This document shows, in pieces, positions 18,467-28,188 of a DNA stretch of 64,000 bases (position 1 is its first letter; the number at the start of each line of letters is the position of its first letter). Position numbers and translations under genes: made by a program. The notes below the pieces were generated by a model. It made no database searches. It was not told where the DNA came from and worked only from the letters and a program-made list of their open reading frames with translations. Origin of the DNA: Polyangiaceae bacterium. Its GTDB lineage: Bacteria > Myxococcota_A > Polyangia > Polyangiales > Polyangiaceae. The stretch spans positions 96,001 to 160,000 of the forward strand of contig JBILLK010000017.1 in NCBI GenBank assembly GCA_044376115.1, written 5' to 3'.

Positions 18467-20743
18467 ATGGCTAAAAATGAGCATTCTTGGGCTTTCTTTC
18501 GTGCTGGCGGAGTGGATCAAGTTGCGCTGCGCTCCGGTGCCGATGTCGACCACCTGGACCAACTCGACAAGAAGCTTTGGGTGGCGCTCGCCTGCCCGAC
18601 CAAGGGCCTAGAGATCGATGAAAAGACCCTCTCGATCATCGACTCCGATGGCGATGGTCGGATTCGGCCGCCCGAGGTGTTGGACGCGGTTGCCTGGTCG
18701 AAGAAGGTCTTCAAGTCGCTCGATCTGTTGTTCGAGAAGGGCGCCTCGCTACCGCTCGCTCAGCTGAACGACTCCGCGGACGGCAAGGCTGTGCTCGCGA
18801 GCGCCAAGCGAATTCTGCGCGATCAAGACAAGAAGGACGCAAAGGAGATCTCCCTCGATGACGTCGCGGCGATGGAGAAAGTGTTCGTCGCAATGCGCTT
18901 CAACGGCGATGGCATCGTACCTGTCGATTCCGCCGAGTCCGAAGAGCTGAAGAAGGCCCTGGGCGAGATGCTCGAGGCCGTTGGTTCGGTCGCCGACCGC
19001 AGTGGAAAGCCGGGTCTCGACAAAAAGCTGTGCGAGACGTTCTTCGCCGATGCGGAGGCTTTTTTGGCCTGGTCGAAGGAAGGCGAGGCCGCCGACGCAG
19101 CGCCGCTCGGCGACAAGACCGCGGCGGCAGCGGACGCCCTTGCGGCAGTTGAAGACAAGGTGCGTGACTACTTCACGCGCACGCGCATTGCGACCTTCGA
19201 CGCACGAGGCCCCGCAACGCTCAACGCCTCCGAAGCCGAACTCACCGCGCTCAGCCCGGAGACGCTGAGTTCGAACAGCGATGGACTGCGCAAGCTTCCG
19301 CTCGCGCGGATTGAGCCCGGCAAGCCGCTGGCGCTCGAGAACGGCCTCAATCCCGCATGGAGTGCGGCGATTAGCACCTTCTCGAAGGAGGCAGTTACGC
19401 CGCTCTTGGGCGCTCGCACGTCGCTCACGGAGTCGGACTTTGAGCAGTTGGTCAGCAAGCTCGCGACCTTCCGATCCTGGTCGGCCAAGAAGCCAAGCTC
19501 GGGAGCCAGCAAGCTTGGCGTAGCCCGCTTGACCGAGCTGCTCGAGAAGTCGCTGCGCGATTCGGTGTTCGCCTTGATCGACGAAGACGCTGCACTCGAA
19601 GGTGACTACGCGCAGATCACGACGGTGGAGAAGGCGATCCGCTATCGCAAAGACCTGCTGCGGCTGCTGCGCAACTTCGTCAACTTTGCCGATTTCTACA
19701 ACAAGAAGGATGGCTCTTTCCAAGCCGGCTCCCTCTACTTGGATGGTCGCGAGTGCGCGCTGGTGATCTACGTCAACGACGCCGCCAAACATGCAGCGCT
19801 CGCCGGCATGTCGAAGTCGTATCTCGCCTACTGTGACTGCACGCGTAAAGACGGCGCAAAGACAGCGGTGGTCGCAGCCTTCACGGCCGGTGACGTGGAC
19901 AACCTGATGGTCGGCCGAAACGGCGTCTTCTACGACCGTAGCGGCCAAGACTGGGATGCCACCATCACCAGCATCGTTGAAAACCCGATCAGCGTTCGGC
20001 AGGCCTTCTGGTCACCGTACAAGCGCGTGATTCGGTTGGTGGAAGAGTACGTTTCCAAGCGCGCCGCCGATAAAGAGAAGGAATCAACGGCGCTGGTCGA
20101 CTCGACGACAGCGGAAGCGACCAAAGCCGCTGAAGCGCCGCCCCCCGTGGCTGGAGTTGCGGCTGCCGGTGCTGTTGCTGCGCCGCCGCCGCCCGAGAAG
20201 AAGGGGATGGACATTGGCACGGTGGCAGCCGTTGGTGTGGCGGTCGGCGGCATTGGCACCTTCGTCGGAATGATCCTGTCGAAGTTCATCGACCTTGGGG
20301 TGTGGATGCCCTTGGGCATCCTTGGGCTTCTGCTGCTCATCTCAGGCCCTTCGATGTTGATCGCCTGGCTCAAACTTCGTCAGCGCAACCTCGGACCTCT
20401 GCTCGACGCCAACGGTTGGGCCGTCAACGCCATGACCAAGATCAACGTGCCGTTCGGCGGCTCGCTCACCAAGGTTGCATCGCTGCCCCTCGGCGCTTCG
20501 CGCACCGCCGAAGACCCCTACGCCGAGAAAGAGACGCCTTGGGGGTTGTACATCTTCTTGGTGATTATCGTCCTCGGCGGGGTGCTTTGGACGATGGGCA
20601 AACTCGATAGCTATCTCCCGGAGAAGGCCCGCGCGGCCTCGGTGTTTGCACCCGCGCCCGCGCCTTCGGCGGCACCCTCTGCAGCTCCGGCTACCTCCGC
20701 AGCACCAGCTGCTTCCGCAGCGCCTGCGGCTCCGCCGAAGTAG
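18467..20743 (+). CDS. Conserved hypothetical membrane protein with N-terminal EF-hand loop
   Basis: Likely start MAKNEHSW. DSDGDGRIRPPE fits the 12-residue EF-hand loop. C-terminal hydrophobic segments and Ala/Pro tail. Confidence 0.75.
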   Translation: MAKNEHSWAFFRAGGVDQVALRSGADVDHLDQLDKKLWVALACPTKGLEIDEKTLSIIDSDGDGRIRPPEVLDAVAWSKKVFKSLDLLFEKGASLPLAQLNDSADGKAVLASAKRILRDQDKKDAKEISLDDVAAMEKVFVAMRFNGDGIVPVDSAESEELKKALGEMLEAVGSVADRSGKPGLDKKLCETFFADAEAFLAWSKEGEAADAAPLGDKTAAAADALAAVEDKVRDYFTRTRIATFDARGPATLNASEAELTALSPETLSSNSDGLRKLPLARIEPGKPLALENGLNPAWSAAISTFSKEAVTPLLGARTSLTESDFEQLVSKLATFRSWSAKKPSSGASKLGVARLTELLEKSLRDSVFALIDEDAALEGDYAQITTVEKAIRYRKDLLRLLRNFVNFADFYNKKDGSFQAGSLYLDGRECALVIYVNDAAKHAALAGMSKSYLAYCDCTRKDGAKTAVVAAFTAGDVDNLMVGRNGVFYDRSGQDWDATITSIVENPISVRQAFWSPYKRVIRLVEEYVSKRAADKEKESTALVDSTTAEATKAAEAPPPVAGVAAAGAVAAPPPPEKKGMDIGTVAAVGVAVGGIGTFVGMILSKFIDLGVWMPLGILGLLLLISGPSMLIAWLKLRQRNLGPLLDANGWAVNAMTKINVPFGGSLTKVASLPLGASRTAEDPYAEKETPWGLYIFLVIIVLGGVLWTMGKLDSYLPEKARAASVFAPAPAPSAAPSAAPATSAAPAASAAPAAPPK

Positions 20744-20768
20744 CGAGGCGGCAACACAGCGAAGCATG

Positions 20769-20803
20769 GCGGCGGCGTCGCCAGGCGCCGCCGCAGCCGT
20801 TTT
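20769..20803 (+). terminator. GC-rich hairpin between convergent genes
   Basis: GCGGCGGCGTC-GCCA-GGCGCCGCCGC followed by AGCCGTTTT. Confidence 0.55.
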
Positions 20804-20809
20804 GTAGGC

Positions 20810-21889
20810 TCAGCGAGGAATGCGAAAGCCGTCGAGCGGCACGGCAAGTCCGGATGGGACCTCGTCCGGTCGCGTCGGTTCATTGGCGCGCGACATCAAC
20901 GCCTTGCGCAAGAACACCGAGATCAGCGCCGCCTCGTCCTTGGACAACGCGCGCCCTTCGGCTCGCGCTGCGGCGGTCTCGACCTCGCGCAGCACGGCGT
21001 CTTCAAGCTCCAGGGAGGAACCATCGTGAAAGAACGGACCTGTTTCGCGCAAGTTGCGCAACGTTGGTACCCGCATTTTGCCGCGGTCCGCTGGCTGCTT
21101 GGTGACTGCGTACCGCCCATCATCATCCGAATCGATGCGCTGTTCGAAGCGTTCGGAGTCGAACAGAGGCGGCACGTGACAATTCGCACAACCCGCTTCA
21201 GCGAACAGCGCCATTCCCTTCTTGCCATCAGCAGAGAGCGCGCCCTCATCACCCGCAACGTATTGGTCATAGGGCGCGCGCCTCGTGATCAACGTTCGCT
21301 GGAAGGCCGCCAACGCCTTGGCCAGGTTCTCCTCCGTTACACTCGGAGAGTCCTGTGGGAAGGCGGCGTCGAACAGCTCCACGTAGGTTGGATTCGCTCG
21401 CAACTTCGCCACGGCTAGCGCTGGTTTGAGGTTGAGCTCAACCTCGTTTTCGAGCGGATCCAACGCTTGCGACTCGAGCGAAGGACGCCGACCGTCCCAA
21501 AAGTAGGAGTCACGAAACACGACATTCCAGAGGGTTGGCGCGTTGCGGGTTGTCTGATGGGGACCATCCCGCCCGGGCCCCGTGGGCCCTTCCCCCTCGA
21601 CACCAACCGAGAGGGCAAGCCCATCCGAGAATCCCCATTGCTCGCTGTGACAGGTTGCACAGGCGGTGCGCTCGTCACCGCTGAGGATCGGGTCGTAGAA
21701 GAGCAGCAGTCCGAGCGACACCTTCTCCTCGGTCGTGGGGTTATCCAGCGGCTCGATCACGAGCGGAAAGGCCTGATAGTCCCAGGGGAGTGGCGGCCCT
21801 TCGTACGGCAGCACGGCAGGCTCCTCGGTACAGCCCGAGAGCGCCGCACTGAGTACCACGCCCGCGACGGTACGACGGTCGAACTTCAC
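20810..21889 (-). CDS. Di-heme cytochrome c peroxidase family (bCcP/MauG/MbnH-like) lipoprotein
   Basis: GTG start overlaps the upstream TGA. Lipobox LSGC, LFYDPILS, CATCH, RNAPTLWN, FWDGR, CANCH, VPTLRNL..TGPFFHDGS. Confidence 0.9.
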   Translation of the reverse strand: MKFDRRTVAGVVLSAALSGCTEEPAVLPYEGPPLPWDYQAFPLVIEPLDNPTTEEKVSLGLLLFYDPILSGDERTACATCHSEQWGFSDGLALSVGVEGEGPTGPGRDGPHQTTRNAPTLWNVVFRDSYFWDGRRPSLESQALDPLENEVELNLKPALAVAKLRANPTYVELFDAAFPQDSPSVTEENLAKALAAFQRTLITRRAPYDQYVAGDEGALSADGKKGMALFAEAGCANCHVPPLFDSERFEQRIDSDDDGRYAVTKQPADRGKMRVPTLRNLRETGPFFHDGSSLELEDAVLREVETAAARAEGRALSKDEAALISVFLRKALMSRANEPTRPDEVPSGLAVPLDGFRIPR

Positions 21890-23190
21890 GGCAGCACGAT
21901 CGCCGGCAGCGGCTCCCGATCGCATTCAAACGGAGTGGTGTCCGTCGATTGATTGGCCTCGATACCGATGTTGGCGATGCCGTTGAAGTTGCGGAACGTC
22001 GGAGGCATCGCTGAGAGACAAATCTCGGCCGAGCCTTCCGTCTTCTCAACGCCGTCCCAAACCACGTTCTCAAGCGGATTGGCTGGCAACGTGGAGAGCG
22101 GCTCAAACGGCATCGCGCCGTTGTTGGTGAAGGTATTGCCGTAAACGTACAGCCCTTCGGGATCCGGATCCGTCAGCGGATCTTCATCAACGTCGGGGAG
22201 CAGCAAGCCCAGCGTCGTGAACGAAACCACGATCACGCTGGTGCTGTCGTTGTCATAGATGTTGTTGTCGCGGATGTGGGTCTCGTCTGCAGAGAGCACC
22301 AACACTCCGATACCCGGCGGTACGGCCGCGACAACCGTGCCGTTCTCAGCGAAGTTCTCGCGATTGTTGTCGTAGATCTCGTTGTCGTGGATGTCGCAGT
22401 TGATGCCGTCCTTCTTCTCGAGGTTGGGCAGCGTGAACACCAGCACGCCGGCGGAATTGTCATAGGCCTCATTCTCGTAGACCTCGGCGTCGGTCGAGTT
22501 CTCGATCTCGATGCCCGCGACGTTGGCGTACACCTTGTTGCGACGAACGATGATGTTCTCGGACTGACCGACGTACGCTCCGGCGTCGGCTGCACCCACG
22601 ATCTCGCAGTCCTCGATCAGGACGTTTTTCGACTTGACGGGGTAAACGGCGTAAGCGCCGTTCTCAGTAACCGAGCCCGCATCCCAGAAGACCTTTAGAT
22701 CGCGGAAGGTGACGCCGTCTGCGCCGGTTACGACGATGCCGTTGCCAGGGGTGTTCTTCACAGTGAGTTTCTCGACCGTAAAGCCGTCGCTGGTGGCCGT
22801 TAGACCGTCATCTCCGCCGGTTTGGTTTGCGAAATCCAGAATCACGTCGTCTCGAGAAGCGCCAACACCGCGGACGGTGAGATTCGGCTTATCCACCGAC
22901 AGTTCATTGGTCAGGTTGTAGGTGCCGGGACACAGACAGACTGTCTCTCCGGAGTTCACACCCTCGATGAAGGCCGCCTGCAAGGTTGTGGTGTCGTCCT
23001 CCGTCGGCCCCAGTGCGAGGTCACAGCCACTGAGATCGAGGCCTTCACAAGCTTGTGGCGTGCTGCCACCGCCGCCCGAGCCTCCCGCTCCACCGGCTCC
23101 GCCAGAGCCACCGGAGGAGGAGCTATCTCCGCAAGCAACGAGCAACGAAAAAACGGAGGAGACCAAGAGGGAAAGCGTGGGCGTGCGCAT
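21886..23190 (-). CDS. Parallel beta-helix repeat lipoprotein (family usually paired with SO2930/HNE_0200)
   Basis: Lipobox LVAC, NGAYAVYPV, GAADAGAYVGQS, NVAGIEIENS, VFTLPNL. Confidence 0.85.
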   Translation of the reverse strand: MRTPTLSLLVSSVFSLLVACGDSSSSGGSGGAGGAGGSGGGGSTPQACEGLDLSGCDLALGPTEDDTTTLQAAFIEGVNSGETVCLCPGTYNLTNELSVDKPNLTVRGVGASRDDVILDFANQTGGDDGLTATSDGFTVEKLTVKNTPGNGIVVTGADGVTFRDLKVFWDAGSVTENGAYAVYPVKSKNVLIEDCEIVGAADAGAYVGQSENIIVRRNKVYANVAGIEIENSTDAEVYENEAYDNSAGVLVFTLPNLEKKDGINCDIHDNEIYDNNRENFAENGTVVAAVPPGIGVLVLSADETHIRDNNIYDNDSTSVIVVSFTTLGLLLPDVDEDPLTDPDPEGLYVYGNTFTNNGAMPFEPLSTLPANPLENVVWDGVEKTEGSAEICLSAMPPTFRNFNGIANIGIEANQSTDTTPFECDREPLPAIVLP

Positions 23191-23223
23191 AGGCAGCCAG
23201 ATTAACATGTCCGCGAGACCACG

Positions 23224-24282
23224 ATGGCCAAGGTATTGATTCTGGGCGCAGGAATGATGGGCACCGCACTCGCGCAACCACTTTGCGATCGCGGACACGA
23301 GGTACGACTCGTCGGCACCTGGAAGGATGCTGAACTGGTTGCCGGTATGAAGGCGGACCGCGTCCACGCTCGGCTCGGCACCAAGCTTCATGACAACGTC
23401 AGCGTGTGGAGCCACGATGAGTTACCCGCCGCGCTGCAAGGGGTGGAGGCCATCGCGCTCGGGGTCAGCTCGGCAGGCATAGGATGGGCTTGCGAGGTCT
23501 TGACCGCACAACTCGATCGCGCGCTACCCATCTTCATGATTACGAAGGGGCTCGAGCTGCACGGGCCCCAGCTGCGCACCCTGCCCGACGTAGTGGCAGG
23601 CTCCTTCACGGGGACGCTGCGCGACTCGCTTCACCCCGCCGCGATTGCTGGCCCGTGCATAGCGGGCGAGCTCGCTCGCTGCGTTCCCACCTGCGTCGTT
23701 CTCACCGGGCGCGATGAGAGCACCAACCGTTGGCTGGTCGAGCTGCTTCAAGGGCCGTATTACAAGGTCTTCCCGACCACCGATGTGATCGGGGTCGAAG
23801 TTTGCGCCGCGTTGAAGAACGCGTTTGCGATGGGCATCGCCTTCGCCGAGGGAATGCATAAGAAGGCTGGCGGCAGTTCGGGCAGCGTCGCTATGCACAA
23901 CCTGGAGTCGGCGGTCTTCGCGCAAGCCTCGCTCGAGATGCGCTGGCTGACGCGAGCCCTAGGCAGCACCGGCGACAGCGCTGTTGGACTCGCAGGCGTT
24001 GGCGACCTGGACGTGACGACCAACGGTGGTCGCACCGGACGCTTCGGGAGGTTGCTCGGCGAAGGCTTGAGCGTAGAGCAAGCGATCGTGCGCATGGACG
24101 GAGCAACGCTGGAGTGCCTCGAGATCCTGCGAGTGGTCGAGCAGGCCTTTGAGGCACGGGCCTTCGGCGCCGCACAGCGGGAACAATGCCCACTGCTGTC
24201 CCACTTGATTGAGGTGGCGCTCCATCAACAACCGGTTGAACTACCGCTCGAGCGCTTCTTCGCCACGGAACTTTCACGGTGA
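23224..24282 (+). CDS. NAD(P)-dependent glycerol-3-phosphate dehydrogenase-like protein (divergent)
   Basis: ILGAGMMGTAL, ITKGL, AGPCIAGE, AALKN, GVGDLDVT. Confidence 0.8.
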   Translation: MAKVLILGAGMMGTALAQPLCDRGHEVRLVGTWKDAELVAGMKADRVHARLGTKLHDNVSVWSHDELPAALQGVEAIALGVSSAGIGWACEVLTAQLDRALPIFMITKGLELHGPQLRTLPDVVAGSFTGTLRDSLHPAAIAGPCIAGELARCVPTCVVLTGRDESTNRWLVELLQGPYYKVFPTTDVIGVEVCAALKNAFAMGIAFAEGMHKKAGGSSGSVAMHNLESAVFAQASLEMRWLTRALGSTGDSAVGLAGVGDLDVTTNGGRTGRFGRLLGEGLSVEQAIVRMDGATLECLEILRVVEQAFEARAFGAAQREQCPLLSHLIEVALHQQPVELPLERFFATELSR

Positions 24283-25805
24283 GTTTCGTTCTTGGCGTCG
24301 ACGTCAGTACCAACGCGGCAAAGGCGATCGTGGTGGGAGCGGAAGGCCGGATTAAGGCTGAAGGTCGAGCCGAATTCAAAACAGAGAACCCTTGTCCCGG
24401 CGGATTCGAACAGAACGCCGAGGATTGGTACTCGGCGCTGATGCAGGCCTGCAAGCAGGCGCTCTCCACGCTCGCTCCAGCAGAGAGCGCGGCCGTAAAG
24501 GCCATGGCTATCACGCACCAGCGCGAGACGTTCGTCTTCTGCGACCAACACGGCACGGTGCTGGGGCCAGCCATCGTTTGGATGGATGAGCGTGCCAAAC
24601 GCGAAGTTGAGACGGTCGTTGCGATCTACGGTGCCGAGGCGTTGGGCCGCATCAGCGGCAAGCCGCCCTGCGTAACGCCGTCGCTCTACAAGATCCGTTG
24701 GGCATTGCAGCAGCTTGCGCCTGAGCGGACCCCGCCGGGCCTTCGAGTGCTCGACGTGCACGGCTTTCTCACGCACAGATTGACCGGTGCGTGGGGCACC
24801 TCGTTGGCGTCCGCGGATCCCCTGGGGCTCGTTGATCTGGCTGCGCGCGACTACTCGAGCATGCTGCTTGAAGCCGCGCGACTCGATCCCAGCAACGTGG
24901 TGCCGCTTTTCGCCCCAGGCGCGGTGATCGCACCTCTTACGCGAGCCGTGGCCACGGAGCTCGGGCTCGCTGATGACGTAGTGATGGTCGCGGGAGCGGG
25001 CGATGGCCAAGCGGCCGGCTTCGGCGCCGGTGTGCTGACCGAGGACGCGCTGTATCTCAACCTTGGCACCGCTCTCGTGGGCGGAACTCCGTCACGAAGC
25101 TATCGCTCGAGTCGCGCATTTCGCACGCTGTTCGCAGCGGATGGGGATGGCTTTCTATGCGAGATGGATCTGAAGGGCGGCACGCTCACGCTGGATTGGC
25201 TTTGTGATCGTGTGCTCAAGCGCACCGGTGAGACACGCTCACAGGTGCTAGCCGCGCTCGAGCTTGAATCGTCTGAACTGAAGCCAGGAGAATGTCCGCT
25301 GGTGCTCCCCTACTTCGCCGGCGTGATGAACCCGCATTGGAACGATTGGGCCTCTGGCGCGGTGTTAGGGCTACGGGCCGATCACGGGGCAGCCCACCTC
25401 TATCGCGGTATTCTCGAGGGCCTCGCCTTTGAACAACGGCTGGCGCTCGAGGCGCTCGAGGTTGAGCTCGGCATGCGCAACAACGTCTTCGTGACGGGCG
25501 GAGCCAGTCGTCGCGACAGTGTGATGCAGCTGCTCGCGGATGTTTTGGGCCGACCAATCGTACGTAGTAGCGCGGAGGAGACCACAGCCTTGGGCGCTGC
25601 CATGCTCGCCGCGCCACGCGCTGGATTGAGCGCGACAGCGGCCGACGCTGCGCGCGCGTGGACGAAGGATGCGCGCGCCAACACCAAGCGATTTGAGCCC
25701 GGCCCGCGGGCGATCGCGTACGACCGCCTGTATCACTCGGCCTACAAGAGCTGCTACGCGACGCTCGCGTCCCTCTTGCAAACGCTCTCGGACCTAAGGG
25801 ACTGA
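24279..25805 (+). CDS. FGGY-family carbohydrate kinase (xylulokinase-like)
   Basis: LGVDVST, HQRET, IVWMDER, GAGDGQAA, LGT, YRGILEG, TALGAAMLA. GTGA overlap with the upstream stop. Confidence 0.88.
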   Translation: MSFVLGVDVSTNAAKAIVVGAEGRIKAEGRAEFKTENPCPGGFEQNAEDWYSALMQACKQALSTLAPAESAAVKAMAITHQRETFVFCDQHGTVLGPAIVWMDERAKREVETVVAIYGAEALGRISGKPPCVTPSLYKIRWALQQLAPERTPPGLRVLDVHGFLTHRLTGAWGTSLASADPLGLVDLAARDYSSMLLEAARLDPSNVVPLFAPGAVIAPLTRAVATELGLADDVVMVAGAGDGQAAGFGAGVLTEDALYLNLGTALVGGTPSRSYRSSRAFRTLFAADGDGFLCEMDLKGGTLTLDWLCDRVLKRTGETRSQVLAALELESSELKPGECPLVLPYFAGVMNPHWNDWASGAVLGLRADHGAAHLYRGILEGLAFEQRLALEALEVELGMRNNVFVTGGASRRDSVMQLLADVLGRPIVRSSAEETTALGAAMLAAPRAGLSATAADAARAWTKDARANTKRFEPGPRAIAYDRLYHSAYKSCYATLASLLQTLSDLRD

Positions 25806-25809
25806 GCGC

Positions 25810-26313
25810 TCAGCCGTCACAGAAGGCGAGGTCGCTCGTATCGCAACCCTCGACGCGAACAGCGTTGTCCCGGCAACTGAAGACCGCATCGGCAGCAACG
25901 CAGTCCCAAAAGGACTTGGCTGCATCGGAACAACTCGTTGGCGGCAAGCACTCGGAGAAAAGCGTGTCGCAACCAAGTTCACAGCCGTTGATTTCCACGC
26001 GAGCGCAGAACTGTTCACATTGAGGTAAAGCAACCTCGTCTGTGCTGGATTCAACCACCGAGGCGAGGCCCTGGAGGGCGTCACAGCGCTCTTCGCAGAG
26101 AGTCTGCGAAGAGCGGCACTCGCCGAGCTCGCAGGTTGTATCGAGCACGGCTGATCCATCATTGCACAGGCAGGCAGCCGTTGGACAACCATGGCCTGAG
26201 CCGCAGGCCTTCGGATCCACAGCGTCGAACACCGACGTCCCTCCGCAGCTCTCGGCCAATGGCGCGATAGCGAGCAAGGCCGTCAATGCGAACCAGCGCT
26301 GGTGAATCCTCAA
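25810..26313 (-). CDS. Cys-rich secreted/lipoprotein of unknown function
   Basis: Signal-like N-terminus ending AESC, many Cys. TTGA overlap with the desaturase stop. Confidence 0.65.
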   Translation of the reverse strand: MRIHQRWFALTALLAIAPLAESCGGTSVFDAVDPKACGSGHGCPTAACLCNDGSAVLDTTCELGECRSSQTLCEERCDALQGLASVVESSTDEVALPQCEQFCARVEINGCELGCDTLFSECLPPTSCSDAAKSFWDCVAADAVFSCRDNAVRVEGCDTSDLAFCDG

Positions 26314-27320
26314 ACGTTCACCGGTGCAATGCCTGGAAGATCCATGTGCTTCTTCTTCTCTTCATCTCGATTGAGGTTTGCGTACTTCGCCTCGATCTTC
26401 TCAACGTCAATCTTGAGGATGCGCCCCCACAGGCTCCACACCAGTCCGAAGAAGTTCTTGTGACACTCCTGCTGAACCTTGGCGTCGTAGTAGGGATACG
26501 CCGCCTCGTGGAAGCTGCGCAGGTTGTACCAAGGGATACCGGGGAACTTGTGGTGCTCGTTGTGGAAGCTGACGTTGTTCCAGAGGAAGTTGAGGAAGTG
26601 GTGGTCGATGGCGTACGTGCGTGACCCGTATGCGTCCTCGCCCGGCTCCATCTCGAAGTGCTCGATCATCGAAGTGGTGCTCGCAAGGATCGTCCCGAGG
26701 ATGAAGGGCAACCCAAACACGAAGAACGTCACGTAGCCGGGCAGCGAGTAGAACAGGAACCCGACGACACCCCAGAAGCCCAATAGCTCGAGGTTCATCC
26801 GGACCTTCTGCCAAGCCGTGAGCCGCGCCGTGTAGCGGAACATCTGGAACAGGAAGTAGATCGGGTAGGCGAAGGTGTAGACCGCCAACATCAACAGACG
26901 CGCAGCCACGGGGTTCTTCGTGTAGTCGGTGACCACGAAGTTATCGACGTCGGGATAGGTGTTGGTGATGCGGTGATGATGGAGGTGGTAGTTCGAGTAG
27001 ATCGTGTAGCTCATGCCTGTCGGCGACCAGCACAAGAGACCGAACCAGTACGAAGCAACCTTCGACTTGAACACCGTCCCGTGAACCGAGTCATGGGCAA
27101 CCGCCCCCAGCCCACGAATCAGGTTGGTAACGAGCAGGGAGACGAGGACGCCAAGCGCCACCTTGATGCCAAGGTGGAAGTTCTGGGTGTGAGCCCAGTT
27201 CAGCAGAAAGCCGCTGCCGATCCACAGCCCAAAGTGGAGGGGCACTTTGTAGATGTAGATTGGGTTGCGCTTGTAGGCAGCCTGCAGAATCTCCCGGGGA
27301 ACGTCATCCATTGCGGCCAT
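26310..27320 (-). CDS. Membrane fatty acid desaturase family protein
   Basis: Three His boxes HDSVH, HLHHH, HNEHH, plus FPGIPWYNL and TM segments. Confidence 0.9.
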   Translation of the reverse strand: MAAMDDVPREILQAAYKRNPIYIYKVPLHFGLWIGSGFLLNWAHTQNFHLGIKVALGVLVSLLVTNLIRGLGAVAHDSVHGTVFKSKVASYWFGLLCWSPTGMSYTIYSNYHLHHHRITNTYPDVDNFVVTDYTKNPVAARLLMLAVYTFAYPIYFLFQMFRYTARLTAWQKVRMNLELLGFWGVVGFLFYSLPGYVTFFVFGLPFILGTILASTTSMIEHFEMEPGEDAYGSRTYAIDHHFLNFLWNNVSFHNEHHKFPGIPWYNLRSFHEAAYPYYDAKVQQECHKNFFGLVWSLWGRILKIDVEKIEAKYANLNRDEEKKKHMDLPGIAPVNV

Positions 27321-27432
27321 GAGCTACTCCGAGAGGGACCTTAGTCCAGCCATTTGGCGAAGTACAAGCACCCGTGGAGGGAGCTTCTCTTGACGTCTAA
27401 ACACGCTGCGTAGGGTCTTTCGCGCTCAGGGC

Positions 27433-28143
27433 GTGATAGCGTGGCCTGGCATGCTCACACTATGCATCGACGTCGGGGGAACTGGAATCAAGGGCAACGT
27501 CTTCACGGAGACAGGCGAAGCGAAAGGAGAACGGATTCGGCTGGAAACGCCTCGTCCTGCGACACCTCAAGCTGTGTTGCAGACGGCGCTGACTGTCGCA
27601 CGGGGTCACGCAGCCTTCGACCGGGTCTCTTGCGGCTTTCCGGGGGTGGTTGAAGACGGTGTGGTGATGACGGCGCCCAACCTGGATGGGGACTGGGGCG
27701 GCTTTGAGCTTCAGGCCGCCCTGGAGACGCACCTGGGCAAGCCAGCGCGCGTTGCCAACGACGCCGACGTGCAAGGGCTTGCCGTGATCGAGGGGAAAGG
27801 CGTGGAGCTGGTGCTCACGCTGGGCACTGGCCTGGGCAGCGGGCTCTACATCGACGGCCACTGCGTGTGGAACCTCGAGTTTGGTCATCACCCGTGGAAC
27901 ACAAACGAAACCTACGAGGACCGTGTGGATGAAGCGGCCCGCAAGGAGATCGGCAACAAGAAGTGGGCGAAGCGAGTGCTGGCCATCCCCGCGCGACTCG
28001 CCCCCATCTTCAACTATCGCCGCCTCTACCTTGGGGGCGGCAACGCATCGCGGCTCTCGCAAGCCGACTTTCCGCCCAATGTGCAGCTGATCGACAACAC
28101 GGCGGGCATGCTCGGCGGCCTTAAGCTCTGGTCGCTCGGGTAA
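27433..28143 (+). CDS. ppgK: Polyphosphate/ATP glucokinase (ROK family)
   Basis: IDVGGTGIKG, GFPGVV, NDADVQGL, LTLGTGLGS, NLEFGH, YLGGGN. The true start may be ATG 27451. Confidence 0.8.
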   Translation: MIAWPGMLTLCIDVGGTGIKGNVFTETGEAKGERIRLETPRPATPQAVLQTALTVARGHAAFDRVSCGFPGVVEDGVVMTAPNLDGDWGGFELQAALETHLGKPARVANDADVQGLAVIEGKGVELVLTLGTGLGSGLYIDGHCVWNLEFGHHPWNTNETYEDRVDEAARKEIGNKKWAKRVLAIPARLAPIFNYRRLYLGGGNASRLSQADFPPNVQLIDNTAGMLGGLKLWSLG

Positions 28144-28156
28144 GCCACAGCCGGAC

Positions 28157-28184
28157 GATTGGGGCGAGGTTCCTCGCCCCAATC
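28157..28184. terminator. Perfect 12-bp hairpin between convergent ppgK and glmS
   Basis: GATTGGGGCGAG-GTTC-CTCGCCCCAATC. Confidence 0.7.
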
Positions 28185-28188
28185 ACGC

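Noticed and set aside
20640..20740. Repetitive GC-rich tract (similar tracts at 11660-11790 and 59700-59890)
   Set aside because: These encode Ala/Pro/Ser linkers within CDSs and are not DNA repeat elements or CRISPR arrays.
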